Shown here: positions 37,089 through 46,040 of the stretch, piece by piece
How the letters are laid out: the number at the start of each line of letters is the position of its first letter
Numbering within the stretch: the stretch's first letter is position 1
Assembly (NCBI GenBank): GCA_049320885.1
Contig: JBMORA010000009.1
Coordinates: 32,001-96,000 of the forward strand
Origin: Thermodesulfobacteriota bacterium
GTDB taxonomy: Bacteria > Desulfobacterota > Desulfobacteria > Desulfobacterales > SURF-7
DNA length: 64,000 nucleotides
Reading direction: 5' to 3'
Notes under the pieces: generated by a model
What the model saw: the letters and a program-made list of their open reading frames with translations, nothing else
The model's database searches: none
Told to the model about the DNA's origin: nothing
Program-made: the position numbers and the translations under genes

Positions 37089-38300
37089 ATGAATTTTATA
37101 GATGAATTTATTAAAAAAGAATCTTCTGCCGGTATTACACTCATTTTTGTAACCATTCTTGCACTGTTACTTAAAAACTCTCCACTTTCACAATTATATG
37201 AAGAATTTCTTCATACACCGGTCGAAATTCGATTTGGTGCCTTACATATAAATAAACCACTTCTGCTCTGGATCAATGATGGACTAATGGCAGTGTTTTT
37301 CCTGTTGATTGGGCTTGAAGTCAAGCGCGAGTTGCTTGAGGGTCATCTGTCTTCTCTCGTCCAGGTCGCATTGCCAGGCATCGCTGCCATTGGAGGCATG
37401 GTGGTGCCCGCACTTATTTATATCTATTTCAACCAGGATGAGCCAATAGGTATGCAGGGATGGGCTATTCCTACAGCTACGGACATTGCCTTTGCTCTTG
37501 GTATTCTCTTGCTACTTGGTAAACGTATTCCTGTATCTCTAAAAATTTTCCTACTTGCTTTAGCCATAATTGATGACCTGGGCGCCATCGTTATCATTGC
37601 AATTTTCTATACTGTTAAGCTGTCCAGTTTATCAATAACGATTGCCACCATGGCCTTGGTATTTCTTGTGATCATAAATCGTATGGGCGTGGTAAAAAAA
37701 GCCGCCTACTTTATAGTTGGCTGTATACTTTGGGTCAGCGTTTTGAAATCGGGAGTGCACGCTACTCTGGCCGGCGTCGCACTGGCATTCACTATTCCTC
37801 TGCGATCGATCGATAAAAACGGTCATGAGTTTTCATTATCAAAGTCAATTGAACATGATCTGCATTTCTGGGTTGCCTTTTTTATTTTACCGCTTTTTGC
37901 ATTCGCAAATGCAGGCGTTGACCTACGCCAGGTTTCTTTTGCATCGATGTCAGGTAACGTTCCTGTCGGCATTATGGCTGGACTGTTTTTTGGAAAACAA
38001 ATCGGTGTATTTGTTTTCAGCTGGATAACTATAAAATTGGGGTTTGCAAAATTGCCTGAGGGTAGCAAATGGATACAGCTTTACGGTGTTTCAGTTTTGA
38101 CTGGAATCGGTTTCACCATGAGCCTGTTTGTGGATTCACTCGCATTCAAGGACGATACCTTGTTCCAGCATGCTGATAGGCTCGCGATATTACTAGCATC
38201 CTTTGCATCTGGCCTTTTGGGTTACCTCATATTAAGATTTTCTCGCGATTGCACCAACAAAGATTTGAGCCATGCATATAAATGTTATAACGGAGAGTAA
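37089..38300 (+). CDS. nhaA: Na+/H+ antiporter NhaA (AT-rich, cassette-like)
   Basis: WINDGLMAVFF, GLEVKRE, GWAIPTATDIAF, LAIIDDLGAI, KSGVHATLAG and GIGFTMSLF motifs. Visibly more AT-rich than the flanks. Confidence 0.96.
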   Translation: MNFIDEFIKKESSAGITLIFVTILALLLKNSPLSQLYEEFLHTPVEIRFGALHINKPLLLWINDGLMAVFFLLIGLEVKRELLEGHLSSLVQVALPGIAAIGGMVVPALIYIYFNQDEPIGMQGWAIPTATDIAFALGILLLLGKRIPVSLKIFLLALAIIDDLGAIVIIAIFYTVKLSSLSITIATMALVFLVIINRMGVVKKAAYFIVGCILWVSVLKSGVHATLAGVALAFTIPLRSIDKNGHEFSLSKSIEHDLHFWVAFFILPLFAFANAGVDLRQVSFASMSGNVPVGIMAGLFFGKQIGVFVFSWITIKLGFAKLPEGSKWIQLYGVSVLTGIGFTMSLFVDSLAFKDDTLFQHADRLAILLASFASGLLGYLILRFSRDCTNKDLSHAYKCYNGE

Positions 38301-38324
38301 AATTGATTTTAAAAGCAGATTTGT

Positions 38325-38347
38325 CGCCGAATCGGGTAGCCGAGGGG
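38325..38347 (-). mobile_element. Remnant junction: attC R'' (CGCCGA|) interrupted by the 3' end of a group IIC-like intron
   Basis: + strand CGCCGA|ATCGGGTAGCCGAGGGG. Minus strand CCCCTCGGCTACCCGAT resembles a group IIC domain VI terminus. CGCCGA is complementary to the TCGGCG that follows the crossover at 37066. Confidence 0.55.
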
Positions 38348-38363
38348 TTGGACCGGTGGCTTT

Positions 38364-39146
38364 TTAGGGGCTTCTTCCTTGCCGCAAGGCTTGGATCAAC
38401 AGCAGCAAACCGAAGGCGATGAAGCCCAGCATGGCGATCTGGGCCTGGGTCATGCCCAAGGCCACGATGGGGTCCCTGCGGAGCAGGTCCAGCCCCAGCC
38501 GCAGAATACCGTAGAGGATCAGATACAGCGCGGCGACGACTCCCGCAAGGGGCTTCCCGGCCGCATATTGGCGCCGGAAGGTCTTCCTGAGGATCCAGTA
38601 GAGAAAGAGATTCAGGCAAACGGCGTAGAGCGGCACGGGGTTGTCGAAGCGCCACTCCCGGCCCATGAACGCTAGCCGGATTTCCCGGCCCCAGCAGCAT
38701 CCCACCAGCAGGCAGCCGACTCTGCCCACGGCGTGGGCCAGCGGGATGTGCATGAAGACCGCGTCCCAGCCCTTGCGGATATCGATTTGCAGGCGACTCA
38801 AGAGCAGGGTGACCAGCAGAAACGGCAGCAACAGGCTGGCATGAAAGGTTTCGTGGCGGCCTTGGGCGAACTGCTCCAGAAAAAACCGGAAATTCCATTG
38901 TTCCACCGGAAAGTAGAACATGTTGGCGGCCCTGGAACTGATCAGCCCGGCCGGCAGGACCAGGATGCCGGCCAGGCTGATGAAGAGCCGCACTTTTTTA
39001 GGGGGAAATCCCAGCCCCGTCAGGCAGCCATGGACCCCCGCGACCGCCAGGACGATACCGAGCAGAATCAGCGAGTAGTAGATTCCATTCAGGAGCCATC
39101 CCAGCAGCGGAAAGGAGATATGGCCTTTCAATAGGGCGTACAGCAT
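38364..39146 (-). CDS. Divergent prolipoprotein diacylglyceryl transferase (Lgt)-family membrane protein
   Basis: AVGRVGCLLVGCCWG, PVPLYA and YGILRLGLDLLRRD motifs. Multiple TM helices. Confidence 0.75.
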   Translation of the reverse strand: MLYALLKGHISFPLLGWLLNGIYYSLILLGIVLAVAGVHGCLTGLGFPPKKVRLFISLAGILVLPAGLISSRAANMFYFPVEQWNFRFFLEQFAQGRHETFHASLLLPFLLVTLLLSRLQIDIRKGWDAVFMHIPLAHAVGRVGCLLVGCCWGREIRLAFMGREWRFDNPVPLYAVCLNLFLYWILRKTFRRQYAAGKPLAGVVAALYLILYGILRLGLDLLRRDPIVALGMTQAQIAMLGFIAFGLLLLIQALRQGRSP

Positions 39147-39149
39147 GGA

Positions 39150-41231
39150 TTATTGTACCGTAAATATCCGTGATACGCCCTCATAGGGGTTGATGCTGCC
39201 GTCCCAGCCGTTTTTCCAGTGGCCGAGATGGCGGATGCGGTATTTTCCCGGCGCTGTATCCTGGGGAATGGTCCAGCGGATGATGACATTGGAGCGGTCC
39301 GTGCCTTCCCGCTGCCATTCATAAACGGTTTCCGGAGCCGCATCCGTGGCGACCACCTTGTCGAAGACCAGACCCGGAACATCCTCGCAGACCGTGACCG
39401 TGTCGCAGCCTACGGTTTCCTCGTGGCATTCGGTCACCGTCCCGGTTTTCATTTTTTCGACTTTCAGGAAGGTCTGCTGAATCATCAGGTTGTTCTTGGG
39501 ATGGCCGCCCACGAACTGCACCACAACCGTGGCGCCGCGGGAATACGATGCGTTGGCGTCGATTTCCACGTCGCCGAAATCCTGGTTCAGGTATTTGCCG
39601 TCCCAGACCACGCCGGTCTGGAAATTGATCACATCGTCCCGCAGATCCCGGGGAGTCGGGCCCGCGGACAAGGGGGCGCCATCCCGGAGGGCAGCGGCGA
39701 CGGCCGCGAATTCCTGCTGAAAGGCATTCAAGGAATAGGGGCCGAACATGTTGGAGCCGCCTTCATAATGCTGGACGGCGTATTCCTCGCGGGTGGTCAG
39801 GTAGGAGCAGTAGGCGTTGGCCGGCGCCGTGATCACGACATGGTCGACCAGTCCGCCCAATTGTTCCCGGACCGTATCGCGGAGCCGCCGGCCGGCCATG
39901 GTGGTGATTTCCACCGGGGCAGCCACGATGGCCAGGTTGCCGATGCGGACGATCTGCAGGGGCAGGACTTCCGGCACCCAGGGAAAGGGCACGGCATCGC
40001 CGGCGGGGAACAGGATGATTTTTTCACCCTGGCATTCCTGAAGACCCGGCACCAGGGTGAATTCCGGCCAGGAATTCCCGCCCCAGACCATGCCCTCATG
40101 GGCCAGGTCGATGCCGGCGCCGTCCTCGGTGCTCCCCGCCACCTGGGAGAAGCCGATGGCCGCCGAGCAGGTGGTGATTCCGGTCAGGCCGCCCGTCCAC
40201 TGGGAATCAACCGGCAGTTCGTCGAAGTTGACGTGGCGGTGGCGGTAATCGATGCCGCCCTCCAGGTATTCCGTCGCGCTGTTGTACAGTTGCAGGGCCT
40301 TGTCGAACTGCCGCTGCCCGATGATTTTCATGTGATCGTAATCGGACGTTCCGTCCGGATATCCCCAGTAAATGTTGGGGGAGACGTCGCCGCTGTTGCT
40401 CTGGGCAAAGGCGGCCACGAACGTGCGCTGGTTCACGGCGGAATAGTTGGTCCCTTTGAGCTTTTCAAACAGGTATTCGGCGTATCCCTTGTTGTCGCCG
40501 GTGATCAGATGGTTGGTGTTGCCGACGCTGGTGGGATGCACCGCGAACCAGTTGATGACGCCGATTTCCTGGTTGGTGTCCGAAACCAGCTTGAGCAGGG
40601 TCATGGTTTTATCTGTATTGTGCGCGTACAGGGCCCTTTCCGAAGCCGGATTGTTCATGTAGGCGTCGTAGGAGCGCTGCCAGCCGCAATTGTCCAGGTC
40701 CCCGCCGGCGATGAGGATCTTGCCGGGGACCAGGTTGGTGTGGGCGATTTTGATGGAGCGGTAGATGCCGTCCACGATGACGTTGAAATTCTCCTCGATG
40801 AATCCCAGCACGGAAAGATCATAGGTCGTATAATGTGAAAACCCGCCCGGGCCGCTGTGGGTGTGGGTGGCGCTGAGGAGGACGTTTTGTTCGGTATAGA
40901 GCCCCCCGAGGGCCGGGTCGTTTTGCAGCTTTTCCACCACCTGCTGTTTCACTGCCTGGAAGATCATGCCCAAATCCGCGCAGACGAAGGCGACGCGTTT
41001 GCCTCCCGCGGGTTCGGCGATGACATAGGCCCGGGAGCGGAGGCGCATGTGGATTCCCGCGGTTTTCTGGTCCACCATGGAATAACCCATCATGCCGACT
41101 TCCGCGGCCGGGCCGGTGATGTCATAAACACCGGCGCCGATGAGAAATTCGCCGGGAGAGGCGGAAATGTTGCCGGGCAAGAGAAAAAAACATGACGCGA
41201 GGAACAGCAGGATGAAATGGGTGCGTTTCAA
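39150..41231 (-). CDS. Secreted neutral/alkaline ceramidase
   Basis: AAGGAGG RBS + TTG start and a signal peptide. DITGP, GIHMRLRSRA, SATHTHSGP, WFAVHPTS, GDNKGYA, GDVSPN, TTMAGRRLR and QHYEGGS motifs. Confidence 0.93.
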   Translation of the reverse strand: MKRTHFILLFLASCFFLLPGNISASPGEFLIGAGVYDITGPAAEVGMMGYSMVDQKTAGIHMRLRSRAYVIAEPAGGKRVAFVCADLGMIFQAVKQQVVEKLQNDPALGGLYTEQNVLLSATHTHSGPGGFSHYTTYDLSVLGFIEENFNVIVDGIYRSIKIAHTNLVPGKILIAGGDLDNCGWQRSYDAYMNNPASERALYAHNTDKTMTLLKLVSDTNQEIGVINWFAVHPTSVGNTNHLITGDNKGYAEYLFEKLKGTNYSAVNQRTFVAAFAQSNSGDVSPNIYWGYPDGTSDYDHMKIIGQRQFDKALQLYNSATEYLEGGIDYRHRHVNFDELPVDSQWTGGLTGITTCSAAIGFSQVAGSTEDGAGIDLAHEGMVWGGNSWPEFTLVPGLQECQGEKIILFPAGDAVPFPWVPEVLPLQIVRIGNLAIVAAPVEITTMAGRRLRDTVREQLGGLVDHVVITAPANAYCSYLTTREEYAVQHYEGGSNMFGPYSLNAFQQEFAAVAAALRDGAPLSAGPTPRDLRDDVINFQTGVVWDGKYLNQDFGDVEIDANASYSRGATVVVQFVGGHPKNNLMIQQTFLKVEKMKTGTVTECHEETVGCDTVTVCEDVPGLVFDKVVATDAAPETVYEWQREGTDRSNVIIRWTIPQDTAPGKYRIRHLGHWKNGWDGSINPYEGVSRIFTVQ

Positions 41232-41486
41232 GGAGGCCTCCTTTCGTTGGGGTGACGGGTGAGGGGTGGTCAGGAAATCATCGTTGTTTCTCCGAAAGCG
41301 AGTTTTTCTTCAGGCCGCTGGCGCCGCACGATGGGCCGGCCGCAAATCCGGAAGGATAAGCATCCGGTGGTTGCGGGGTTCGAACAGCAAAAGCGGGAAA
41401 TTGGCGGAAAGTGAGTGATTGCTCACTCTTTCGGTTCTACATATCCGCTCCGTATCGGTTCGTCAAGAAAAATCCAAAAGCGGTTT

Positions 41487-42896
41487 TCAGCCCACCGGCG
41501 GTCTGGGAAGCTGGACGGCGGATTGGAGGCCCAGGGCGACCTCCGATATGATTCCTTTTTCCACATAAATCGGGCGGATGATTTCCCGTAATTCCGGGAG
41601 TTTTTTCAAAAACCATACGGCGCCCGCGAGGCAGAAGACGCCGCCGATCAACAAGGTTCGCGGCGCTCCGATCCGCTCGGCGGTCATGCCCGCCAGAAGG
41701 CTGCCGAAGGGGGCGGTTCCCATGACGCACATGACATAAAAACTCATCACCCGGCCGCGTTTGTCTTCATCCGCAATCGTCTGCAGGATGGTATTGCCGG
41801 AAGCCAATTGCACCATCATGCCGAAACCCGCCAGAACCAGGAGCGGGATGGAGAGCCACAAGAAGGGCGACAATGAGAAACCGATGAGTCCCAGACTGAA
41901 CAGAATGGTCATCAGCGGCAGCACGCGCTCCAATCCGACGACGGTTTTGCGAATCGCCAGGAAAACCGCGCCGCATAAAGCGCCGCCGCCGGCGGCGCTC
42001 ATGAGGAACCCGAAGACATGCGGTCCTCCCCGGAGAATATCCTTTGCAAAAATCGGCAGTAAGACCACATAGGGCAAGCCCATGATGCTGATCACCATGA
42101 GCAGCAGCAGCACGGACCGGATGGGGGCAACGCCGAAAGAATAGGCAATCCCTTCTTTCAGGTCATCCAGCATTTTGTTCGCTGACCGTTTTTTGTCGTT
42201 TGGCGGAATTCTCATGCGCAGCAGGGAGGCGATTACGAACAGATAGCTGAGTCCGTTCAGCAGGAAACAGATCCCTTCCCCGAAAATGGCGATCAAGGCG
42301 CCGGCAATGGCGGGACCCACCAGCCGGGCTCCGTTGAACATGGCCGAGTTCAAGGCGATGGCGTTACCCAGGTCTTCTTTGTTATCGATCATTTCCACGG
42401 TGAAGGCCTGCCGCACCGGTGTGTCAAAGGCGTTGACCAGTCCCAGAAAAGCAGCTAGCAGCAGGATATGGCCGATACGGACGGCGCCGGTCAGCACCAG
42501 GCCGGACAGGATCAGGGACTGCAGCATCGAAAGCAGTTGGGTGATGACCAGCAGTCGACGGCGATTGATCCGGTCCGACAGAACGCCGGCGACCGGCGAC
42601 AACACGAACACCGGAAACAGCCCGAGAAAGGTGACCGCGCCAAGAAGCATTTCGGAAGATGTCAGCCGGTACACCAGCCAGTTCATGGCCACCCGCTGCA
42701 TCCAGGTGCCGATCAGGGATATGCCCTGACCGGTGAAAAACAGCCGATAATTGGGGGAGGCCAGGGTCCGGAAAAGGTGTCGCAGGCGCCCGGCGCCGAA
42801 AGGATGATCCGTTTCGGCGCCGGTATTTTCCTTCCGGTGTGCTTGAGGCGGCGTTTCTGGATTGAAGTGATATTCTTTTTTCAGTCCCTGCCTCAC
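41487..42896 (-). CDS. MFS transporter (DHA3/EntS-like)
   Basis: NYRLFFTGQGISLIGTWMQ, GVLSDRINRR, NAIALNS and RGRVMS motifs. About 12 TM. Start may be downstream. Confidence 0.92.
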   Translation of the reverse strand: MRQGLKKEYHFNPETPPQAHRKENTGAETDHPFGAGRLRHLFRTLASPNYRLFFTGQGISLIGTWMQRVAMNWLVYRLTSSEMLLGAVTFLGLFPVFVLSPVAGVLSDRINRRRLLVITQLLSMLQSLILSGLVLTGAVRIGHILLLAAFLGLVNAFDTPVRQAFTVEMIDNKEDLGNAIALNSAMFNGARLVGPAIAGALIAIFGEGICFLLNGLSYLFVIASLLRMRIPPNDKKRSANKMLDDLKEGIAYSFGVAPIRSVLLLLMVISIMGLPYVVLLPIFAKDILRGGPHVFGFLMSAAGGGALCGAVFLAIRKTVVGLERVLPLMTILFSLGLIGFSLSPFLWLSIPLLVLAGFGMMVQLASGNTILQTIADEDKRGRVMSFYVMCVMGTAPFGSLLAGMTAERIGAPRTLLIGGVFCLAGAVWFLKKLPELREIIRPIYVEKGIISEVALGLQSAVQLPRPPVG

Positions 42897-44458
42897 CGTC
42901 TGATGTCACCGGATCTTCCTGGCCTGGATTCTCTCGGGGTGGTGGTGCCGCCGGAAACCCGTTCACCCCTGGTTTCCGATCGCGCCTCCCGGCCCCATGT
43001 CGAAGCGGATGAAGATGTCCCCGTTCTTCTCTGCAGGGGTTCCACCGCCGGATTCGTCTTGGGAACCTTGTAGCGGTTGGGGGGTGCGGCTTTTCTGTCC
43101 AATTGATCCAGCGGCCTGGATGCAATCGGCGATCTGGGGATCGCGGTTCTGTTTTGTCCGGAAAATTCGGAAGATGTTTCCGCCGGTTTTCTCATCTTCG
43201 GGTTCTCCCACTGGCGACGCTCCTTGCCGTAGGTGCGGACTTCGTTTTCGCGCTGGCGGATTTCCTTGCGTTCATTTTCGTTCAGCCGCTGATACCGGAA
43301 GGAAGAATCCTTGCGACTCATCGCCTGGTCGACGGGGATGGCGATCTGTCGGCCTCTTCCCGTGGCCGGGGCGCTGTCCTTCCCATAGCGAACGGATGAA
43401 GTGACCCAGCGGGAAGGCCGCGCTTCCTTGTGCTGGCGGCGTTCCTGGAATGTATTTTGGAGACGATGCTCCCATTCGTGATCATGGCGATGAATCCAGC
43501 GTTGATGGGCAAAAATCGGATCGTAGCCGCGCCGCCGTGCATGCAGGGAGAACCATGGATAGATGCCCCTCTGGTAGTATTTGGGCGCATAATAATCACC
43601 GAAATAATAATGGCGGTATCCCGGCCGGATGAAAAGGCAGTCGGAAAATACATTCAGGTCGATGACGAATCCGGGTGAAAACGAGAAGGCCACATGGGTC
43701 AGGACCACCGGCGGGAAAAAAACAGGGGCGAAGATCACGCCGCGCCGGACCACCGGGTAGTCCCAGTATCCGCCGATGAAGACATATCCGCGGGGGGTCC
43801 AGAAATAACGGGCCGGGACCCAAATCCAATCCGGTTGCATTTTGGCCCAGTATCCCGGCCGCCAGACATAACGCCCATGTTTCCAGAGCCAGCATCCCGG
43901 GATCCAGGCGTATTCCGGGGAAGGGGCATTGACATTGGGACCCAGCTCAACGGATTCCGGCGGTTCCGGCAGGTATTCCGTTTCAGTGATCTGGATGCTG
44001 ACCCAGTAACCGGAAATCCACTGGAATCCCTGGTTGCTTTTCCGCCAGTAACCCGGTATCCACTGCCGGCCCGGCGGCGGGACGCGCCACACCCCGCTGA
44101 CCCAGATGAAATCGTTGCGGTCCTCGTCCCAGGACCAGTAACCGGGGATCCATTTGACGTCGCCTTCCGGTTTTTGTTCCGGCGGTGACTCTTCGATGGG
44201 CGGAGGCGCCTCTTTGGGCGCCCGGGCGCCCGGTTGGGGGTCATAGGCCACGGTTTCGGCAAAGGCCTCGTGAATCGGCCCATGGGCCAGCACCTGGACT
44301 TCGTTCTCTCCGGGAGGATTTTCCTCGGCCGCTGTTTGCTGCGGCAATCCGAACCCGATTCCGGCGGCTAGCAACAACACCAACAGACAACGCCAACGAA
44401 TGGCACGTTTCGTGATCATGACCATGACGGATTCTCCTTTAACCATGACAGCCATCAT
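42893..44458 (-). CDS. Exported YXWGXW/WXXGXW-repeat protein with Pro-rich and basic disordered regions
   Basis: Signal peptide, GPIHEAFA motif, and many WIPGYW/WVSGVW/WRPGYW repeats. Confidence 0.85.
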   Translation of the reverse strand: MMAVMVKGESVMVMITKRAIRWRCLLVLLLAAGIGFGLPQQTAAEENPPGENEVQVLAHGPIHEAFAETVAYDPQPGARAPKEAPPPIEESPPEQKPEGDVKWIPGYWSWDEDRNDFIWVSGVWRVPPPGRQWIPGYWRKSNQGFQWISGYWVSIQITETEYLPEPPESVELGPNVNAPSPEYAWIPGCWLWKHGRYVWRPGYWAKMQPDWIWVPARYFWTPRGYVFIGGYWDYPVVRRGVIFAPVFFPPVVLTHVAFSFSPGFVIDLNVFSDCLFIRPGYRHYYFGDYYAPKYYQRGIYPWFSLHARRRGYDPIFAHQRWIHRHDHEWEHRLQNTFQERRQHKEARPSRWVTSSVRYGKDSAPATGRGRQIAIPVDQAMSRKDSSFRYQRLNENERKEIRQRENEVRTYGKERRQWENPKMRKPAETSSEFSGQNRTAIPRSPIASRPLDQLDRKAAPPNRYKVPKTNPAVEPLQRRTGTSSSASTWGREARSETRGERVSGGTTTPRESRPGRSGDIRR

Positions 44459-44501
44459 TGTACACTCCCAATACTACATTTCATTCGGACGCTGCCGCCG
44501 C

Positions 44502-45788
44502 TCATGAAAAGATCCAACCCGGATGGGATTCGGCCCACTCCGCGGCGGTTTGCGGCAGCCATTCCGACAGCGATTTTTCCAGATAAAAGCGGGGTGCCAG
44601 CAAGTCTTCCTCCGGCCCGAGCAGACCCTCGGTGCGCGCGATTTTTTCCAGTTCGGTATGGGGATAAATCCGAATACCGGCGGTAAAACGCATCATCTCC
44701 GGCTGGAGATGTTCGGCAAAAGCCAGGCTTTCCATGACGGTTGCGCGGGTTTCCCCCGGACCGCCCAGCAGTAAAAAGCCCATGCGGCGGATGCCGCGGT
44801 CTTTAAACAACCGGGAGACTTCCGTCACCATCGACGGCGTGAACCGTTTGTTCATGGCCCGAAGGACGGCCGCGGAACCGCTCTCGAATCCCAAGGACAC
44901 CTGCACGCAACCCGAGCGAGCCATGAGATCGGCCAGCTCGTCATCCACGCCGAAAGGGTAGAGAATCGCCTGCCAGCGGATGTCCAGGCGGCTCTTGAGA
45001 ATTTCCCGGCAAAACGCTTTTGCATAGGAAAGCGGAAAATTAAAGGTATTGTCGGTAATGAAAAATTGTTCGAAACCGGCTTCGGCATATTGTCGCAGAA
45101 CGGTTATGACGGATTCCAGGGGCCGTTTTCTCAGCCGCCGTCCTTCGATTGCGGCCGTGGAACAGTAACTGCAGTTCATGGGGCAGCCCCGCCGGGTCTG
45201 GAAGGGCAGCCAAATGGTTTCGGGCTTGAAATCCGGGTGAAGGTTCAATCCGTTTGCGGGAGACGGCAGGGGATGCCTTTCCCAACCCGGCCGTGATCCG
45301 GGATGGACGGGCGGTGCTTCCGTTTTTCCGGTGAACAGTCCGGGAATGCCGTCGATGTCGGCCCTATGCTCTATCCGGTTCAGCAATTCAACGAAGGCGT
45401 CTTCGCCCTCCCCCTGGATGCCCATATCCGCGCCCAGATAGGCGAGAGCGCTACGGGGAAAGATACTGTAACCGGCCCCGCCCAGTACGATGGGGGCGCG
45501 CGACAACCGGCGGCAGGAATCGACGATTTCCTTGACCGCCGGGAGCAAAAAGCGGGTCTGGCGCATGGACTGGTCATCGATGTTGCGTACGGAAATGCCG
45601 ATCACATCCGGCTGGAAGTCGGCAACGGCGCTTTCCAGATGTTTCCCGACATTTTCCCGGGTCATCAGGTTGAGAGCCCGTGTTGCATGGCCGGCATTCT
45701 CCACGGCCTGCTGGACACAGGCCAGACCCAGGGGCATGACCGGCATATTGATTTGTTCCGTATTGGCGGAAACCAGGAAAACCTTCAT
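44502..45788 (-). CDS. B12-binding radical SAM protein
   Basis: PLGLA, PDVIGISVRNID, GGAG and GEGE (B12 domain). QTRRGCPMNCSYC, DNTFN, PGET and GIRIYPHT motifs. Confidence 0.9.
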   Translation of the reverse strand: MKVFLVSANTEQINMPVMPLGLACVQQAVENAGHATRALNLMTRENVGKHLESAVADFQPDVIGISVRNIDDQSMRQTRFLLPAVKEIVDSCRRLSRAPIVLGGAGYSIFPRSALAYLGADMGIQGEGEDAFVELLNRIEHRADIDGIPGLFTGKTEAPPVHPGSRPGWERHPLPSPANGLNLHPDFKPETIWLPFQTRRGCPMNCSYCSTAAIEGRRLRKRPLESVITVLRQYAEAGFEQFFITDNTFNFPLSYAKAFCREILKSRLDIRWQAILYPFGVDDELADLMARSGCVQVSLGFESGSAAVLRAMNKRFTPSMVTEVSRLFKDRGIRRMGFLLLGGPGETRATVMESLAFAEHLQPEMMRFTAGIRIYPHTELEKIARTEGLLGPEEDLLAPRFYLEKSLSEWLPQTAAEWAESHPGWIFS

Positions 45789-46040
45789 CGCTTCCTTGCC
45801 TTTGTTATTCCCTGCAACCGAACATGGCCGCTACTATAGTCCATTTTTGCTGAAAATGCCAACCGGTGTTGATTTTTCCGGTCGATTTTCGGGTGTTCTT
45901 TATCTATCATATTGATTGCATTATAATTGCCGATGAGATAACAGTTGCAATACAGATAGGCGGACAGCGGAGAAGGATTTTTTGAGATATCCTGCCGCCT
46001 TGTCCTGATGAGAAGGCTTAATCCGGATCGGGAGGTAACC

